Below are positions 1-13,768 of a stretch of DNA of 64,000 bases, in pieces. The DNA comes from Patellaria atrata CBS 101060. Taxonomy: Eukaryota. The position numbers and the translations under genes are program-made. Position 1 is the first letter of the stretch; every line of letters starts with the position of its first letter. The notes under the pieces were generated by a model, which had not been told where the DNA came from, did no database searches, and was given only the letters and a program-made list of their open reading frames with translations. The stretch is from NCBI GenBank assembly GCA_010093705.1, contig MU006102.1, forward strand, positions 252,123 through 316,122. The letters are read 5' to 3'.

Positions 1-10
1 ATCTCAGATG

Positions 11-68
11 GCCAGACATTGCAGACATTGCAGACATTTGCAGACATTTGCAGACGTTTGCAGACATT
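11..68. repeat. Minisatellite, about 6 copies of GCAGACATT(T)
   Basis: Visible tandem units gccagacatt/gcagacatt/gcagacattt/gcagacattt/gcagacgttt/gcagacatt. Confidence 0.9.
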
Positions 69-206
69 ACCACGATACCAGAACTACCGAATGGAAGGCT
101 CACACGACCGAACCGCTGGTATGGCAAATCCGAAGCCATATCGGGTATGACACCGTGCCGTTCGCACACCTCCTTTAGTCGTGTCTCGATGTCTAGGGTT
201 TTCTAG

Positions 207-370
207 TGATAAAACTCCCACGCCGTCCTTGCCTTTGTACCCCTAGCCCTATCCATGCACGACGCTAGACAGATAACATGTAACCATACCGTTTTCGTCT
301 CCCATTGGTCTATAAGCTCTCCAGCTGCAGTTTGGTGGTGAAAGCTCACATCCCTCCCAATATATAAATA
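207..370 (+). promoter_or_regulatory. Putative promoter of the amino acid permease (GATAA sites, TATA-like box)
   Basis: TGATAA at ~207, AGATAA at ~271 and TATATAAATA at 361-370 upstream of ATG 489. GATA (AreA-type) control of permeases is established, but these short sites are not proof. Confidence 0.35.
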
Positions 371-488
371 TTGGTATCAACCCCTGCCCCGGGACCTTCA
401 GCTTCTGCTCCTCTCTTGTCGATTCTCCTCTTCTCTATCCGCAATCGAAGGAGTGGAGTATCGCCTTTGTTGCGACAACAGAATTACC

Positions 489-2512
489 ATGGATACCTCA
501 CCAGACTACAAGCTCGATCCTTCGTCCGGGGTCAATGTAGACCCGGAGAAGGGAAGAATATCTAGCACGTTCAAAGACCATCGTCGTGGTAGTCAGTTTG
601 ATCCTGCAAATGAAGCTATCGTGACTGAAGATGTAAACAAACTTAAACGTGGACTGAGTGGGAGACATATGCAGGTTAGTTTACATACGCTTCTCCAGAT
701 GCCAACCGTAGCTAACTATACTAGATGATTGCAGTTGGTGAGCTATGACGCGTTTAGTTTGACGTCTTGTGCAATTCTAATCCGAAAACCCATAGGCGGT
801 GCTATCGGTGCTGGTCTTTTTGTTGGTTCTGGTGGTGCTCTAAGAACCGGTGGACCCGCGTCTTTGGTATGAAGACCTGGAAACGATCGTGTTTCTGTTG
901 ACTAACGCTCATTTGCGTAGGTTATCTGCTTCATGATTATTGGTGTTTTCATCCTGATGATGATGCAAGCCTTGGCTGAGTTGACAGTTATGTATCCTGT
1001 CAACGGTGCATTTTACACTTATTGTGTTCGCTTTATCGATCCGTCATGGTAAGTTTCGATCTATGATGATTGGGAATTGTCCAGTTCAACTCACACACTT
1101 TAGGGGTTTCGCAATCGGTTGGGATTATGCTATCCAATGGCTAACCATTCTTCCATTTGAAATCACTGCTGCTGCCATCACCATTGATTTCTGGCACCAC
1201 TATAATGTTGGTATCTGGATCGCAGTGTTTCTAACAGTCCTCTCAGTCATCCAAATATTTGGTGTCAAGGGTTATGGAGAGACCGAGTTCATTTTAAGCG
1301 TAATCAAGATCGCGGCTTGCACTGGTTTTATCATCTTCGGTATCATCGTCAACTGTGGTGGTGTACCTACCGATGACCGTGGGTATATCGGCGCTAGGTA
1401 CTGGCATGCTCCAGAACAAGCTTTCCGCAACGGCTTTAAAGGCTTCTGTTCAGTTTTCGTGACCGCCTCATTCGCCTTCGGTGGTACGGAGCTTACAGGT
1501 CTCGCTGCAGCCGAAGCAAAGGATCCGGCTAAGCAGATTCCAAAGGCCACGAAGCAGGTGTTCTGGCGTATCACTTTCTTCTACGTCGTGAACTTGTTCA
1601 TCCTTGGTCTCATCGTTCCCTCCAGCTCAGACGTTCTCAGGGGTTCGTCGGGTGCAAACACCAAAGCGTCTCCATTCGTGGAAGCTATCCGACTTGCTGG
1701 TGTTAAGGGTCTTCCTTCTGTTTTTAACGCTGTCATCACAATTTCTGTCATCAGTGTTGCAAATTCAGCCACTTATGCCTCCACTCGTACCATTCAAGCT
1801 CTCGCAATGAACGGAATGGCCCCCAAGTTCCTCGCATACGTTGATAAGAAAGGACGTCCGGTGCCAACCATTATCCTTCAGCTCGTCTTCGGTCTTTTAG
1901 CTTTCATCAACGAAGCTTCAGACACTGGTGATACCATCTTCGGCTGGCTTCTCGCGCTTTCCGGTCTCGCCAACTTTTTCGTGTACGGTAGCGTCTGCGT
2001 CGCGCACATCCGCTTCCGCAATGCATGGATCGCCAAGGGTCACACTGTGAAGGAGTTACCGTACCGCGCCATGTTCGGCGTTTGGGGCAGTTATTTCGGT
2101 GTTGTGCTCAGCTTTCTCTGCCTTGCAGCATCATTCTACGTTGCGCTCTGGGTATGTCCACTCTTAGCAACGTGAAGGCCTTTGATTTTCAGTACTAATC
2201 GTCTAATAGCCCGTCGGCGGTACTCCAGATGCCGAAGCTTTCTTCGAAGCCTACCTCGCTGCGCCCCTCATCATCTTTCTATACTTCATTTGGAAAATAT
2301 ACTCCTGGTTTTTCCACCCGGAGCATCGTCCTCTCTTCATCCGTCACGAGGACATCGATATCTACAGTGGTATGCGCGAGGGCCAGCTCGAGCTCATCAG
2401 TGGACAACGCGTGTCTGCAGAGCAAAGACGCGCCAGCATCGAGGAGATCGAGTTGAGCAGGAAGAAGAAATGGTACGATTACCCGAAGGCGGTGGCTACT
2501 GCACTGTTCTAG
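489..2512 (+). CDS. Amino acid permease, APC/YAT family (GAP1-like), 6 exons
   Basis: Spliced LKRGLSGRHMQ|MIAV|GGAIGAGLFVGSG motif, FAFGGTEL, WRITFFY and many TM segments. Exons ~489-674, 725-737, 796-866, 921-1048, 1104-2151, 2210-2512 with GT-AG introns. Confidence 0.93.
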
Positions 2513-3686
2513 ATGCGCAATAAACGAGGTTGTATCCGTAGTTTTGGGTTCCGTGTGTGCTGCTCGTACCTCGGATAAGGGGCGGGTAGAGTTTATACCT
2601 TTGCAGTTTGGATAGAAGTAATAGGGATGGTTCGTTTGGTTGCAAGCCAACGGGCTATTTCACACGTCTCACCTCCCGAACGCTCCAATGATAAAAAATG
2701 TAAATGTCGATATGGGGAAAATGCTAACTTACACTTCAAACCGTAATGGGCACTAACACCAGCCTAAGCATTTGCCATGACTTGCCACGCTTTTTCTCGT
2801 CCGAGGTCCGTGCGCGCTTGACTGCTTGACATCTGTAGGCACGAAGCTTAAAACGACGCTTCGGATTTTAAATCCGTCTTTTCGCTCAAAATAACTGGTA
2901 GGGCTTAGGATGAATAACTGTCGTTTTGAGGTACGGTGTACGTCCGCTGCTCTACTCAAACTCGAAACCTCCCGGTCTCAGAGTCGGATTTTGGTCGACC
3001 AAGTGTCCAATTCGGTAATTCTCAAAAGGCGTAGATAACATAACTTAATCAAAGGTAGCTGAAACGCCCATGCCCTAACCCGGAATCGCACAACCGCCCA
3101 CATAACTACCAGTCTTCTGTTTAAGACGTGATCCAGGGTATAGGGCACAGGATTGTTTGTTAAGAATAGATTCTTGCCACTGAGGTGGAGTGTGGAATTG
3201 TGTAGGGTTGAATATAGGGTACAGGGGGCTGTTGTAATGTTGTTCTTTTTTACTGTGTGCCTTGAAGAGGCCGGGGTTCGGGTGAGAGTGAGTATATCAG
3301 AGATATAGGGATATATAGGTATGTAGATATATAGATATATGGGTCTAATAAACGGGACGGTTTGCAGGCGTGAGGTGTGAGGTGTTATCTACATCACATC
3401 CATCTCCTTGAGGTAGTTTGATTTTCATCGGATAAGAGTTCGGTGTAAGGTATGGTCTATTCAGGATGGTGGAGGAAATGGCAGAGATAGAACTCCTAGC
3501 ATGAGTCGGGGGTGTGGTGTTGTATCAGCGGGATATCGCGTGGCTGGTTAGGATTGGGTTTCCAACTTCGTTCTGGTATTGTGTTGAAGTTTAACATTAT
3601 TTTGATGGAGATGGTCGAGCACACACCATTATAAAAGTAACATCACCACCGAGGTAGTCAAGCACTATATAATACTATACATAGGG

Positions 3687-3707
3687 CCCCCCCCCCCCCC
3701 CCCCCCC
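3687..3707. repeat. Poly-C tract (21 C)
   Basis: Mononucleotide run seen directly. Confidence 0.95.
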
Positions 3708-5054
3708 ACTTTCCCCTCTCCTCTATCACAACGTACTAAGAACAATCCACCCCCAACTCCAGCGTCGATTGAACACTGGACAGCGAAGCACCGGGTAAGA
3801 AAAAGGAAAGATAAAGTATACAACCTCCATTCATAGAACCACCCTCCGTCTTTCCCACCATACCTCCTCTCTATTCCCGTAATTATCGCTTACTAGGGGA
3901 ACGCTCATTCCAAACCCCCCACCCTTTCTTTTCCGTTGTTAACGGTTGATAACTGATCGCTGGTTCATTTTCGGTGAGGGCAGGACAGGATCATTTGAAT
4001 CAGTTAGCAATTGAACAGGTCCAAACGTAGCGGTACCGTAGCAGTGGATCATGCGCACTACCGAACGGAGAAGACGGTAGATTTGTTTAGGGAGGGATAG
4101 AGAGCGTGGATGGATTGAGTGTATCTGCATTTGTGATGGGAGGCACTCTAAGGCCGTACGACCCGACGAATACTGGAACTAGGTGTCAGAGTGAGTGAGG
4201 GCCGCGATGTCGTTTTCTAGAGGTTGGGATGGTGTGGGAGGGGTAAAAGGGGTTAGACGACTGCGGAGTAGATGAGTTGAGGGGATGGCATAGGAGGAGG
4301 AGGATGGTTCGAACGTTTTTGGGCGAGGGGGGGAAAGGATGGAAGTGGACGAGGGACGTTCAAGGGGAGAGGAGAGTATGAGGAGGTGAGATGGGTAGAA
4401 GAAGAATAGTATAGGAGGAGAATATTTCGTACAACAAGTTGTAAAGAGAGTGAAGTATAGTAGACGAGAGACGTCTAAGTAGGAAGGAGAGTATGAGGGG
4501 GTGAGGGGGTGAGTGGATAGAAGGGCGAACATATAAAAGTAGAAGCATATATAACAAGCATAACAGCTTACCAGGCGTAACTAGTACAAGTACTATCAAT
4601 AAAGCTGACCGAAACGACCGGAACAACCAGTCGGGCAAAATACGTACTTCATAAGACGCCTTATAAGTAACTAACCATATAAGCAACTAGATATAATATA
4701 GAGGACCAGAGTAGAAAGTATGAGAAAAGCACACTACCCAAATACCAGGCTACCAAACGCTACTATCCACCAAAATAGTCACCTACACCATGCTCCCATC
4801 CCATGAACAACATTGAAAATATCCAAAACCGCCTCAACGGAGCACAGCTGCATGTTAAACACCCAAACCTAGAAGCCTCGGTCCTCTGGACCAAAAGTCT
4901 AGAGGACTATAAACAAAACTACGAAGGCCGATACAGAGTCACCGGGTAGACCTGCGTATCATATATAGAGAGGGGGGTCAGATAGGATGGGATAGGTTGG
5001 CTGTAGTGTACCGAACCGGGCGGTTGGGTGGACTGGATGATTGACGGAGTGTGT

Positions 5055-5432
5055 AAAAGGAGTATGCTATAGTGAAATAGGAGGGGCGGAGTGGATAGGA
5101 GGAGACTGTAAACGGGGTGAACGGTGATGAAATCAAAAGAGGAAGGTGTATAGGGGAAGGAGACTATAAAAAGAGGAGACTATATAAAGGAGTGAACTAT
5201 ACTGGAATAGGAGTGGACGATGGAAAATGAGTAGATTATAGAAATGGAGTGGACTAAAATAGATCAAAACATAAAAGGAGCGGACTATAACGAAGTAAAA
5301 GGAGCGGACTGTAACCAAGTAAAAGGAGAAATCCTTACTATAAAAAGGGCTCAACTAGAAGAGATGGCACTGTGCCAAACAACGAGACCGTACGAAAAGA
5401 TGACACTGTACCAAACGACCGTAATATACGAA
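5055..5432. repeat. Degenerate tandem repeats (24-bp TAAAAGGAGCGGACT unit and a 36-bp unit)
   Basis: 24-bp units start at 5272, 5296 and 5320 (partial), with decayed GGAG(T/C)GGACT copies upstream. A 36-bp duplication (gatggcactgtgccaaac / gatgacactgtaccaaac) follows. Confidence 0.6.
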
Positions 5433-5833
5433 ACGACGCGCAATATCCAAAATGACAGAACTGTACAAAACATGCTCAAGCGTACGGGCATAGGAACAGG
5501 ATGTACAGTACAGTACAGTACAGTAGTACATCTGGAGAACAACGGGATATAGCTGGAAACTGTACCGTAGCGTACCTACAAGGCAAGATGAATTACCACG
5601 GCGATTTGTACAGTAATACATTTCATTACAGATATTCGCTGTACTGTACTGTACAACTATGCTACATCTCCAAGCCCCCGTATCTCCCCCATACACTCAA
5701 ATGCAACAAACAGCTGAACCCGGGGGTATAAGTCCAGATCGTGCTTACAAAACCTACCCATGAATGCATAGGATCCTCGTAACCCAAAACGCCGAGAAAA
5801 ATCACATTTCCAAACCTTTCACACATTTTCACC

Positions 5834-7434
5834 TTATTTCCCTCCAGTATGGTCTTGACACCTAACCTGGACCAACGTCTGGGTAGCCGGTGTACCCTTT
5901 GCGCCTCCCTCAACCACAAGCGCGGAGAGCTTCCCGCCCTTGACGCAGCCGGAGTCGAGGCCCTTTGAGAACTTCTTGATGTTGAGGCCGCGCTTGGCGT
6001 CGTGGCCGTAGATGACTGTGCTGCGGGCGGATTCGGGTTGGCGCTTTTGGTAGTAGTTCCAGAGCTAGATTTTACGGTTAGCCATCATTCTCGATCCTTG
6101 AGATAATCACGGGTTGAAATACCTTCTCCCACGGTTTCCCGTTTCTTTCTTCACTCGGCACCCTCGTCTCTAGATCGATGGTTCTCATGTTCATTGCTTG
6201 GAATGGGTCTTGTCTCTCTAAATCCACGCCTGGTACCAATCCAGCATGCACCACTACGACCTCACCCATACCCTCGATCTCCCCTACTTTGAGGATAACC
6301 GGACACTGCTGGATCCAGTCGATCTGGCGTTTCGTGAATTGCTTTGCAAGCTTACGTTCCTTGTAATCTCCGTGGCTGAAGCTCTCCTCGTCCATGAAGT
6401 CATCCTGGGAGTTTTCCGCTTCGTTAGGCCCGGCGAGGGGAGCGTGCATTGAGTTGATGTCCTTCCAGGCGAGCAGCATGCGATCTTCGTGATTGCCACG
6501 GACACAGCTGGCTGACATGGAGCTGACAAGATCAACGACGCCGGTGCTATCAGGGCCTTTGGCAATGATGTCACCAGTGAGTATTAGATGGTCACTCGCG
6601 GGGCGAAAGGAGATTTTCTCGAGGAGTTTGACGACTGTTATGGCAATGGTTAGTCTGGATTGCTCGAGGAGAAAGTTGCCTGTCTCCTAAGTTCGAAATT
6701 GAGATAATCTTACGTTCGTCTTTGCATCCATGCACATCCCCCACAAACACCAGTCTCTCCTTCTCCCCGGTCGACGGCAACAAACTACTATCCAGTGCTT
6801 TCACCTGAATCATATCCGAAAACTGAGGTCTCTGATTCGAACCGAAAATCCCCTTCTTCGGCTGTGCTACAAACGTCTTCTCCAACGCGATGTGCTCTTC
6901 CCAACTTGGTCTTACCACAAACCTCCACCCTGCAAACAGACCCAATGCAAGGACCAAGTAGACGAAAAGATATCGTTGAATCCGTCTTGGTATCCGTGCC
7001 GCCCGCAGGATAGGACTGACGCTCATCGCCAGTTCCTTGTCGGAGAAGTTGAACGAATCGTCGTAGGCGTCGTGGTCCTTGTACTTTGCCCCTGATTTCC
7101 ACTCGTTGGTGACTTTTTCGATGAGAGGTCGGGTGTCCGCCATGTAATGGGACTCGAAGGTGGGAGAAACAAGGGTAGTGGATGATGCTGTGCTTTCAAC
7201 CGAACGCCTGGAGGGAAGAGGTGCTGACGGATTGAGCTGGTGTATGGATAAAGGTGGTGCAGAGGAAGGAGCGTGGGGCCGGATACGGGGAGTGGTGGAA
7301 GGAGTGGAGTTGTCGCTGGCGGAAGTTCTCCTGGAGCTTAGAATACCAGTTGGTCGTTCATCGTGTGAGGGTGAGAGAGGGTAAAATGGTGTTAAGGGTT
7401 GAGTTAAGGAGATGTCTGCTCCGCTGGACGCCAT
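5834..7434 (-). CDS. Calcineurin-like metallophosphoesterase with N-terminal TM anchor (PPN2/YNL217W-like), 3 exons
   Basis: Spliced motifs VGDVHG, TGDIIAKGP, RGNHE, VHAG, YGHD and GLDSGC. TM segment YLFVYLVLALGLFAGW. Stop TAA at 5834-5836. Confidence 0.85.
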
Positions 7435-8780
7435 GTCGGCAACCGGCTCTCCAGTGATCATAATTGGGTTGTATGGGAGGGATTCGTGCTAGGTAAGCCC
7501 TTGGCTGTTGACCACCGGAACGAGCGCAGACGGCGGGGGGCAAGGAAGCCGAATTTGGGTACAAGGGCGCCCGTTTGAAGGGTAACAAAGCGTCACTCAC
7601 TCCCCCCAGCTTAGTTCTAGTTGTTCGAGTGGAGATCTGATGACCGTTTTTGCCCTTAGGGTATCATTCGCGTCGTGGAAGGTATAGTCGCCAAGGGTAA
7701 CGGTACGCCTTAACTGAGGTGAGAATGTATCAACGTACAGTAAATTGAGAGGCACGCCGTCAGTAGTAGAAGGCAAAAGATTGCAAAAGAGAAAGAAGGA
7801 CAAAGTGAGAATGGAAGTGTCAGAATGATAGAGCGTGGTAGAACTAATAAACAAGTTAAAAGCCCCGAGGTTCACTACACATTTCAAGGAAAAAGGGATC
7901 AATTAGTTCTATCACAGTAGAATTCCCGGCGAATCAGCTTCACACCTGCAACACCGTGGACCTGCATGAGAATTCTAATCAATTGATATGAAAAAGTATC
8001 CAATATTCCTTGTCTCCTATTCATGTCTCGGCCTAAACATGAATCTTCTCTCCTACAACTTCCATTACTGTACTATATATTAATACTGTCGCCCGGTGGG
8101 AATCTATCGCTCGGTCTGGAAGCATATCCAAGATATTCTAACCCTTCATTGCGTGACACTATCGACAATTGCTGTATATTTTGGCGCATCCTATCGGTTT
8201 GTACTGTACTGTACGACTGCCGCAACGTTACCCATAACCGTTTCCACAGGCCTCAAATGCAAATCTATATATTACGAAACGATCCTGGTACTACATTGAA
8301 TATTCTCCGACTCTCCGAGGAATCAAAGCCACACCTATACCACAATGATATCGCAGGATATAGCAAGAAATCCAAGAAGCTACAAGCTCATAGCCAAGTC
8401 AGCCAACACATGTCTTCGCTCGCCTTGAGATGAAAGCGCTAGGTTGGACTTTACGACGCCTCTGTTCGAGAAGACGTTTGAACTGCGAATACACCCTTCT
8501 CCCGTCGGGAAATGCCTTGCCCGCCGTACAGCCTTACCTTAAGCTGTCTCCGACTGTACGGTACAGAAAGACATTAACTATGGGCTTGACTCAGCGGTAC
8601 AATTCACTCGACCGTACAGAACTTGTGCAAGCCTTGATACTCCCGACCCACCAACAGCCAGTAGACATCCAGCAAACGTACAGAAGTCGAGGAATGCCAA
8701 TCGTGACAGAGGACATGACTGTGAGAACGTATATAACATTCGTTGAAATATTCCTGAAGGAAGTATCAACACCTTTTCCT

Positions 8781-10181
8781 CTATACATACCCAGCAGCGA
8801 CAAAACTCAATAAACTCCCAACCGCCAGTCCTGCTATGAGACAAAGTGCCATAAACCCACCAGCAGCCTCCCTCTCCTCTACATCAACCCACTCTGTAGC
8901 CCCCATCATGCACGAGCTCCCAATATACCCATTTGTAAGACCGAACAGCAACTGTACAATGACCAGATAAAACAAATCACTATTTACCACCGCACCCTCG
9001 CCTCGAATATTGCAAAGTAGATACAGAGGTATGAAAGCGAGTCTGGATACCGCAAGAACGAGAAGGACACGCGGTCGATGCGTGAGAGAGATTGCCGGGA
9101 TGGCGGTTAGGAGTCTACCGAGCAGATCCCCAGAATTCCAGAAGAGAAAAGCGAGCGGGATGAAAGAGGCATCTCTGAATATTCGCGGAGAGTGCTCGGG
9201 GTCTTGAACACTGACGATGATCTGCGTAAAAACCGGGAACATCATCGTGACCCCGAAGGTCATAAACGCGGTGGATGAGAGCCAGAAGAGCTTCTTGAGC
9301 AACAAGGTCAGAGGAATAGATCTCCGTGCGGGATCCTGGCCCTCCGTTGCAGCATGATCCGAATTGATTATGGACGCCTTTCGACGAGCATGCATAGCTC
9401 TATGTCTGGAGAGAAGGTACATAAAAGCAACGAATGTGATTGCAAATATGCCGGTAGCCGTCAAGAAATACACGAATGCGGAGGTCGAGGACTCTTCCGG
9501 AATATTAGTCCCTACATTCTTAACCGGGACAGAGAGCACGGAGACTATCTGAGCGATGCAAGGTAGGACGCCAGCAACAGCTTGACCGGTCATGATAGCT
9601 TGCGTATACTCCTCGCGTCCGAACCCTGATACAAAGGCAAAGATGCCGTTCTGACAAAGACCGGTAGCCAAACTTGTCGTGAAGACCATGACGATCAGGA
9701 ACCCAAAGTATCCAGACGCAGAGACATCATTGAATAGCTTTGTAGATATAGCGAGTAACGTGAGTACGATGATATTTATCATCAAGGAGGACATAATACG
9801 CTTAGGATAGGATGCGTTCGCCTGTAGCTTCGCTAGGATGAGCGTAGAGCCCAGATTCGTGAGGGTCGATACAGAGAGTTCTGCGGACTGAAAGTTCTTG
9901 AGAATTCGCTCGTTCGATTGGAATCTGCGTTGGAAGTATGGGCCTGCTGCTAAGAACATGTTCCTAGAATAGGGTTAGAACTGGTTCACGCTGAAAATAA
10001 ACCATAAGAGGACTCACCAGGCCCATAGCATCGCTATACCTAACAAGAAGAAGATAGAGTAGTCTATCCATGAAAACCTCTCCCTGTCATCTTCTATCCT
10101 TTCGCCATCTGGCGTCTCCGACCCTCCATCTAAGACCTCATACGACTGCCGCCGTTGGAGAAGGTTACGTATCCTCTCCAT
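8781..10181 (-). CDS. FUN26: Equilibrative nucleoside transporter (FUN26-like), 2 exons
   Basis: Spliced LLGIAMLWAW|NMFLAA, GQAVAG, WNSGDLLGR and GLTNGY motifs of the ENT family. Confidence 0.88.
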
Positions 10182-11088
10182 CTTCTGTTTTGTATGCTCT
10201 CAATTATGTGTGCTATCAAGGAAGCTCGCTATGAGCGAGTATGTATAGATAACTAGACACCATGTCTAGATATGACAGATGCCTAAGCTGCAAAGCGTCG
10301 TATGGTTGATGTTTATCGTCTTATGACAGCTTGTCTCGGATATCCGACTGCGGCCTTCAGACCTCAAAAACGCGCTTTACCTAAAAGAGCCGGACTTCAG
10401 AGGCTCCACAACAGGTGCGAGATAAACTGGATTTGCAGGTGCACGGAGTATATCGCTTGATTTTCAAAAGAGTGGTTCTATCTAGCTGTTATATACGGCA
10501 GGTGTACCAAAACGGACGGAACAGTATGAAATCTATGTCTTAGAAAACAGTAAAGATAGGGACCAACAGCAAGAACTAAAAGATAGTACTGTATCAGATT
10601 AGTAACCCTGGTTACGCTGATACCAAATAAGCGAGTTAGCTCGTTAGCCCTGGTCGCCAATAGGACTAATACTCTGACAGCTCCACCATCTAACATCAGG
10701 CCTCAAAAGCGGCCGCATGAAAGTAACATGACCGCAGTGGTATGCGGTATGCAAGTATGCCGTGCAGGAAGTTTTTCGTTCGAATGTTCCCGTGATCAGG
10801 TCTCAAGTTGGCCTGGTACCGTACACGTATTTCTAGCTTTACGACCGGCCTCTCCAATCTGTATAGCTAGCACATGAAAGGTAATGTTTTCTCTGGATTG
10901 AAGGTTACAATTTTCTTATGATTGTATAATGTATGATGGGTATCAAATATTCCCAATAATTCGACTGAAGAGCAAAAACTCCAGCGCCGGCATATGCTTC
11001 ATGCATGATCCAAACAGCACTCGCAGTTCTCTCCCTTTCCCTTGAAAGAACGTATATACAAGTTACCTTAAAATGGTCGTTCCCATAT

Positions 11089-13096
11089 TTAATGTTTTGG
11101 CCTCCGTAGCGGGTGCGCTTCGGTGTTACTGTGCAATCTGTTAGCACTGCAAATGAGCAGAAACAGCGATATCCCCTAAACTTACAAAACATATTCATCC
11201 AAGCTTACAACATTGGGCTCGCTAAAAATCAGATAGAAATACTTCAGCGTCTCTGCCATCCAGAAAGATTCGCTCTCATCGTTTTGCGTAGTGTTTTTGA
11301 CCGTAACATCTTGTAGCGCACCGTGTCCGATTTTCGTCTTTGTCAAGCTATTGATATTTTGGAACATCTTCCATGCGTGATCTTGCAGCGTCTTATCGCC
11401 GGTGATGCGATACAAGACAAAGACTGATTCAATTGCTTCGGGTCTGTACCTTCTCGTCAATACTATAAAGGGAAAGGATTCAAGCGTACTAACCGTAGCA
11501 AGTACCTCGGATCGTTAACCTCGAGAAATCCCGGTTGCAAATGATGCTTCTCAACATATCGTTTACCGAGTTGTTCAAGTGGTACAACAGGCTCTTCTCC
11601 TGAACTTCCTCTCCTTAGCTCCTTTGCAACGGTAGTGTACCATTTCTGTTCTGACCATGTGCAATCATCTTCTTCACATGGAATGAGCTTACATGATTCA
11701 GGCATGATTCCAGTTGGCATGGACTCATACGCCCAAATACAGCCATCAGTAAGTTGGCGAGCAACTTTGAGATCTTCCTTTCTATTAAATAGTTTAGCAC
11801 CCAGTGCAACCATCCCACCAGTAAAGCATGCAAGGTGTTGGCCCTCATGGTCGCCAGTGAGATGACGAGCTCCGTTTACATAAACAGTACCTGAAAAAAG
11901 CAAATTTGCGTTTTGAGAATTCAAAGGTCGGAAGAACAGATGTTTCTTGGCCGCTTCGATAGCACCCTCATACATGATACGATACTGATCAACAACACCT
12001 CCTAGTAGTAGGTGCTCCTAAAAAAAGGTTAGATTCTGGGAGACCTTGGTCGAGGATAAAGATATACCTTAGGAAGATATTCGTATAAAGAATCAGCCAT
12101 TCCTCCAAGTGTGAATTGAGTGTCAGTATAAAACTTCTTTTTCAACGCGTTGAGATTCACAGGCCAAAGACCTGGAAGTTTCGTCATATTTTGAGATTCG
12201 TAAAAGACATCCATCACTCGTTGAGCCGCATCATACCACTTAGAATCTCCTGTTAGCTGTGATAATCGGGTAAATTCCAAGCTGAATGAACCTAATTCAG
12301 CAGCTAAAGAATAATGAGAAGCTTCTTGAGGTTCACCCATCGCAGAACTGCAGAAAAACTTAGCACGCCAATTAAAATAAAGGGATAAAGTATGCAACAC
12401 TAACTTTTTCCAATACCAACGGGTCATAGGCATTCTATTCGGGGTATCAAAAGCATGATAAACCATCTCTCCAAGCTCCGTAGCCTTTTCTAACAGCAAT
12501 GGATACTTACCCTCACTAAGGTCATATGCGCTCAAAAACCCACCTAGATACCTTATGATAGTCTCGAAGAGGTTTAATTCATCGAGTCCAGATGTCGTAA
12601 AGTCTATCTTTTTAAGCGCCTTGACAGTTTGTTCAAATTCCTTTTTCATGCCAGCGATCCACAGAGTGTCCATAGCATCTACGAGTGTAGCACCCCAACC
12701 ACCAAACCCATCCTTTGTTCCATTTGTGAGAGGCGCAACCTCGTCATGCATCCAAGCATAATTTCTATATCCCTCCCAGGAATGTGCGAGGGTCTCTTTC
12801 ACTGCTTGTAATCGCCTTTGACGTTCTAACTTTTCTTCAATCGACTCTTCCGTAAACTCATATTGAATTCGAGGGATCGAGGGAGGAATTCCGGTGGGAA
12901 GGGGGATGATTGTTGCGACTGGATGTTGTTGGGGTATATCTTTCCACCTTACTTTGGACGCAAAGAGACCGTGAGGCTCCCCGCCAGGTAAGTATGGTTG
13001 ATTCAATTGCGGTAGTGTGTTAAGATGTAAAGTCCCAAATATAAAGCACAAGAAAATTATGCAAACTAGAACCCAGCGCCTAAGAAATGGTCCCAT
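11089..13096 (-). CDS. Glycoside hydrolase family 47 alpha-1,2-mannosidase, multi-exon
   Basis: HSWEGY..YAWMHDE, GWGATLVDAMDTL, FETIIRYLGG, ADSLYEY, RPEAIES, ESFWMAETLKY and terminal NTEAHP. N-terminal type II signal anchor. Confidence 0.95.
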
Positions 13097-13768
13097 GGGG
13101 GGCGATCAAACTGAAAAAACAGGAGAAACGATCATGGAGAGAATACTCAGCTATCAATAAACACATTGATGACCATAAGGAAGGACCAAAAGGAAGAAAG
13201 GAAAGTGGAAAGAGGGGGAGGATAATTGAAAAGGACAGTTGAACAGAAAGAACAGATGTTGAAGCATGGTCCAAGGGGTCTGTCCACTTAGAACTGTATA
13301 GCGATGCTTGGCCACACAGTAGTAAGGGAATTGAAATAGATTAAATCCGGGGGATCAGCTAGGGAGTCGAGTCATGGTATTCGGTAATGAATACCTTGGT
13401 AACATAACAATTCCAGCTTCAGCTAGTTCAAATTGAGAGCAGAATACACAAAGCGAACGTAAAAGTTTAAAGATGAGGAAACGGGGATCTTATAATAGAA
13501 CGGTAAGCAATACTAAGTACGTTATCCTTATCGTGAAACTAACCCACGATTTGGGTAGCCGAGGCTGGCGACAAGCTTATTTCCACAACCCCAAGCTTTA
13601 AGAGTCGAAGTTGAGCGATATGTATGATCTATACACTTCAGCATGCTAGCTAGGTACAGGTCAAACTAGATGGTTAGCTGGTCTCCGGTGCATTATAAAC
13701 CTACTGATATGAGATCACTCTATTCAATTCTCATTCCGAAGTCCTAACCAAAGGACACCACTTAAGAG

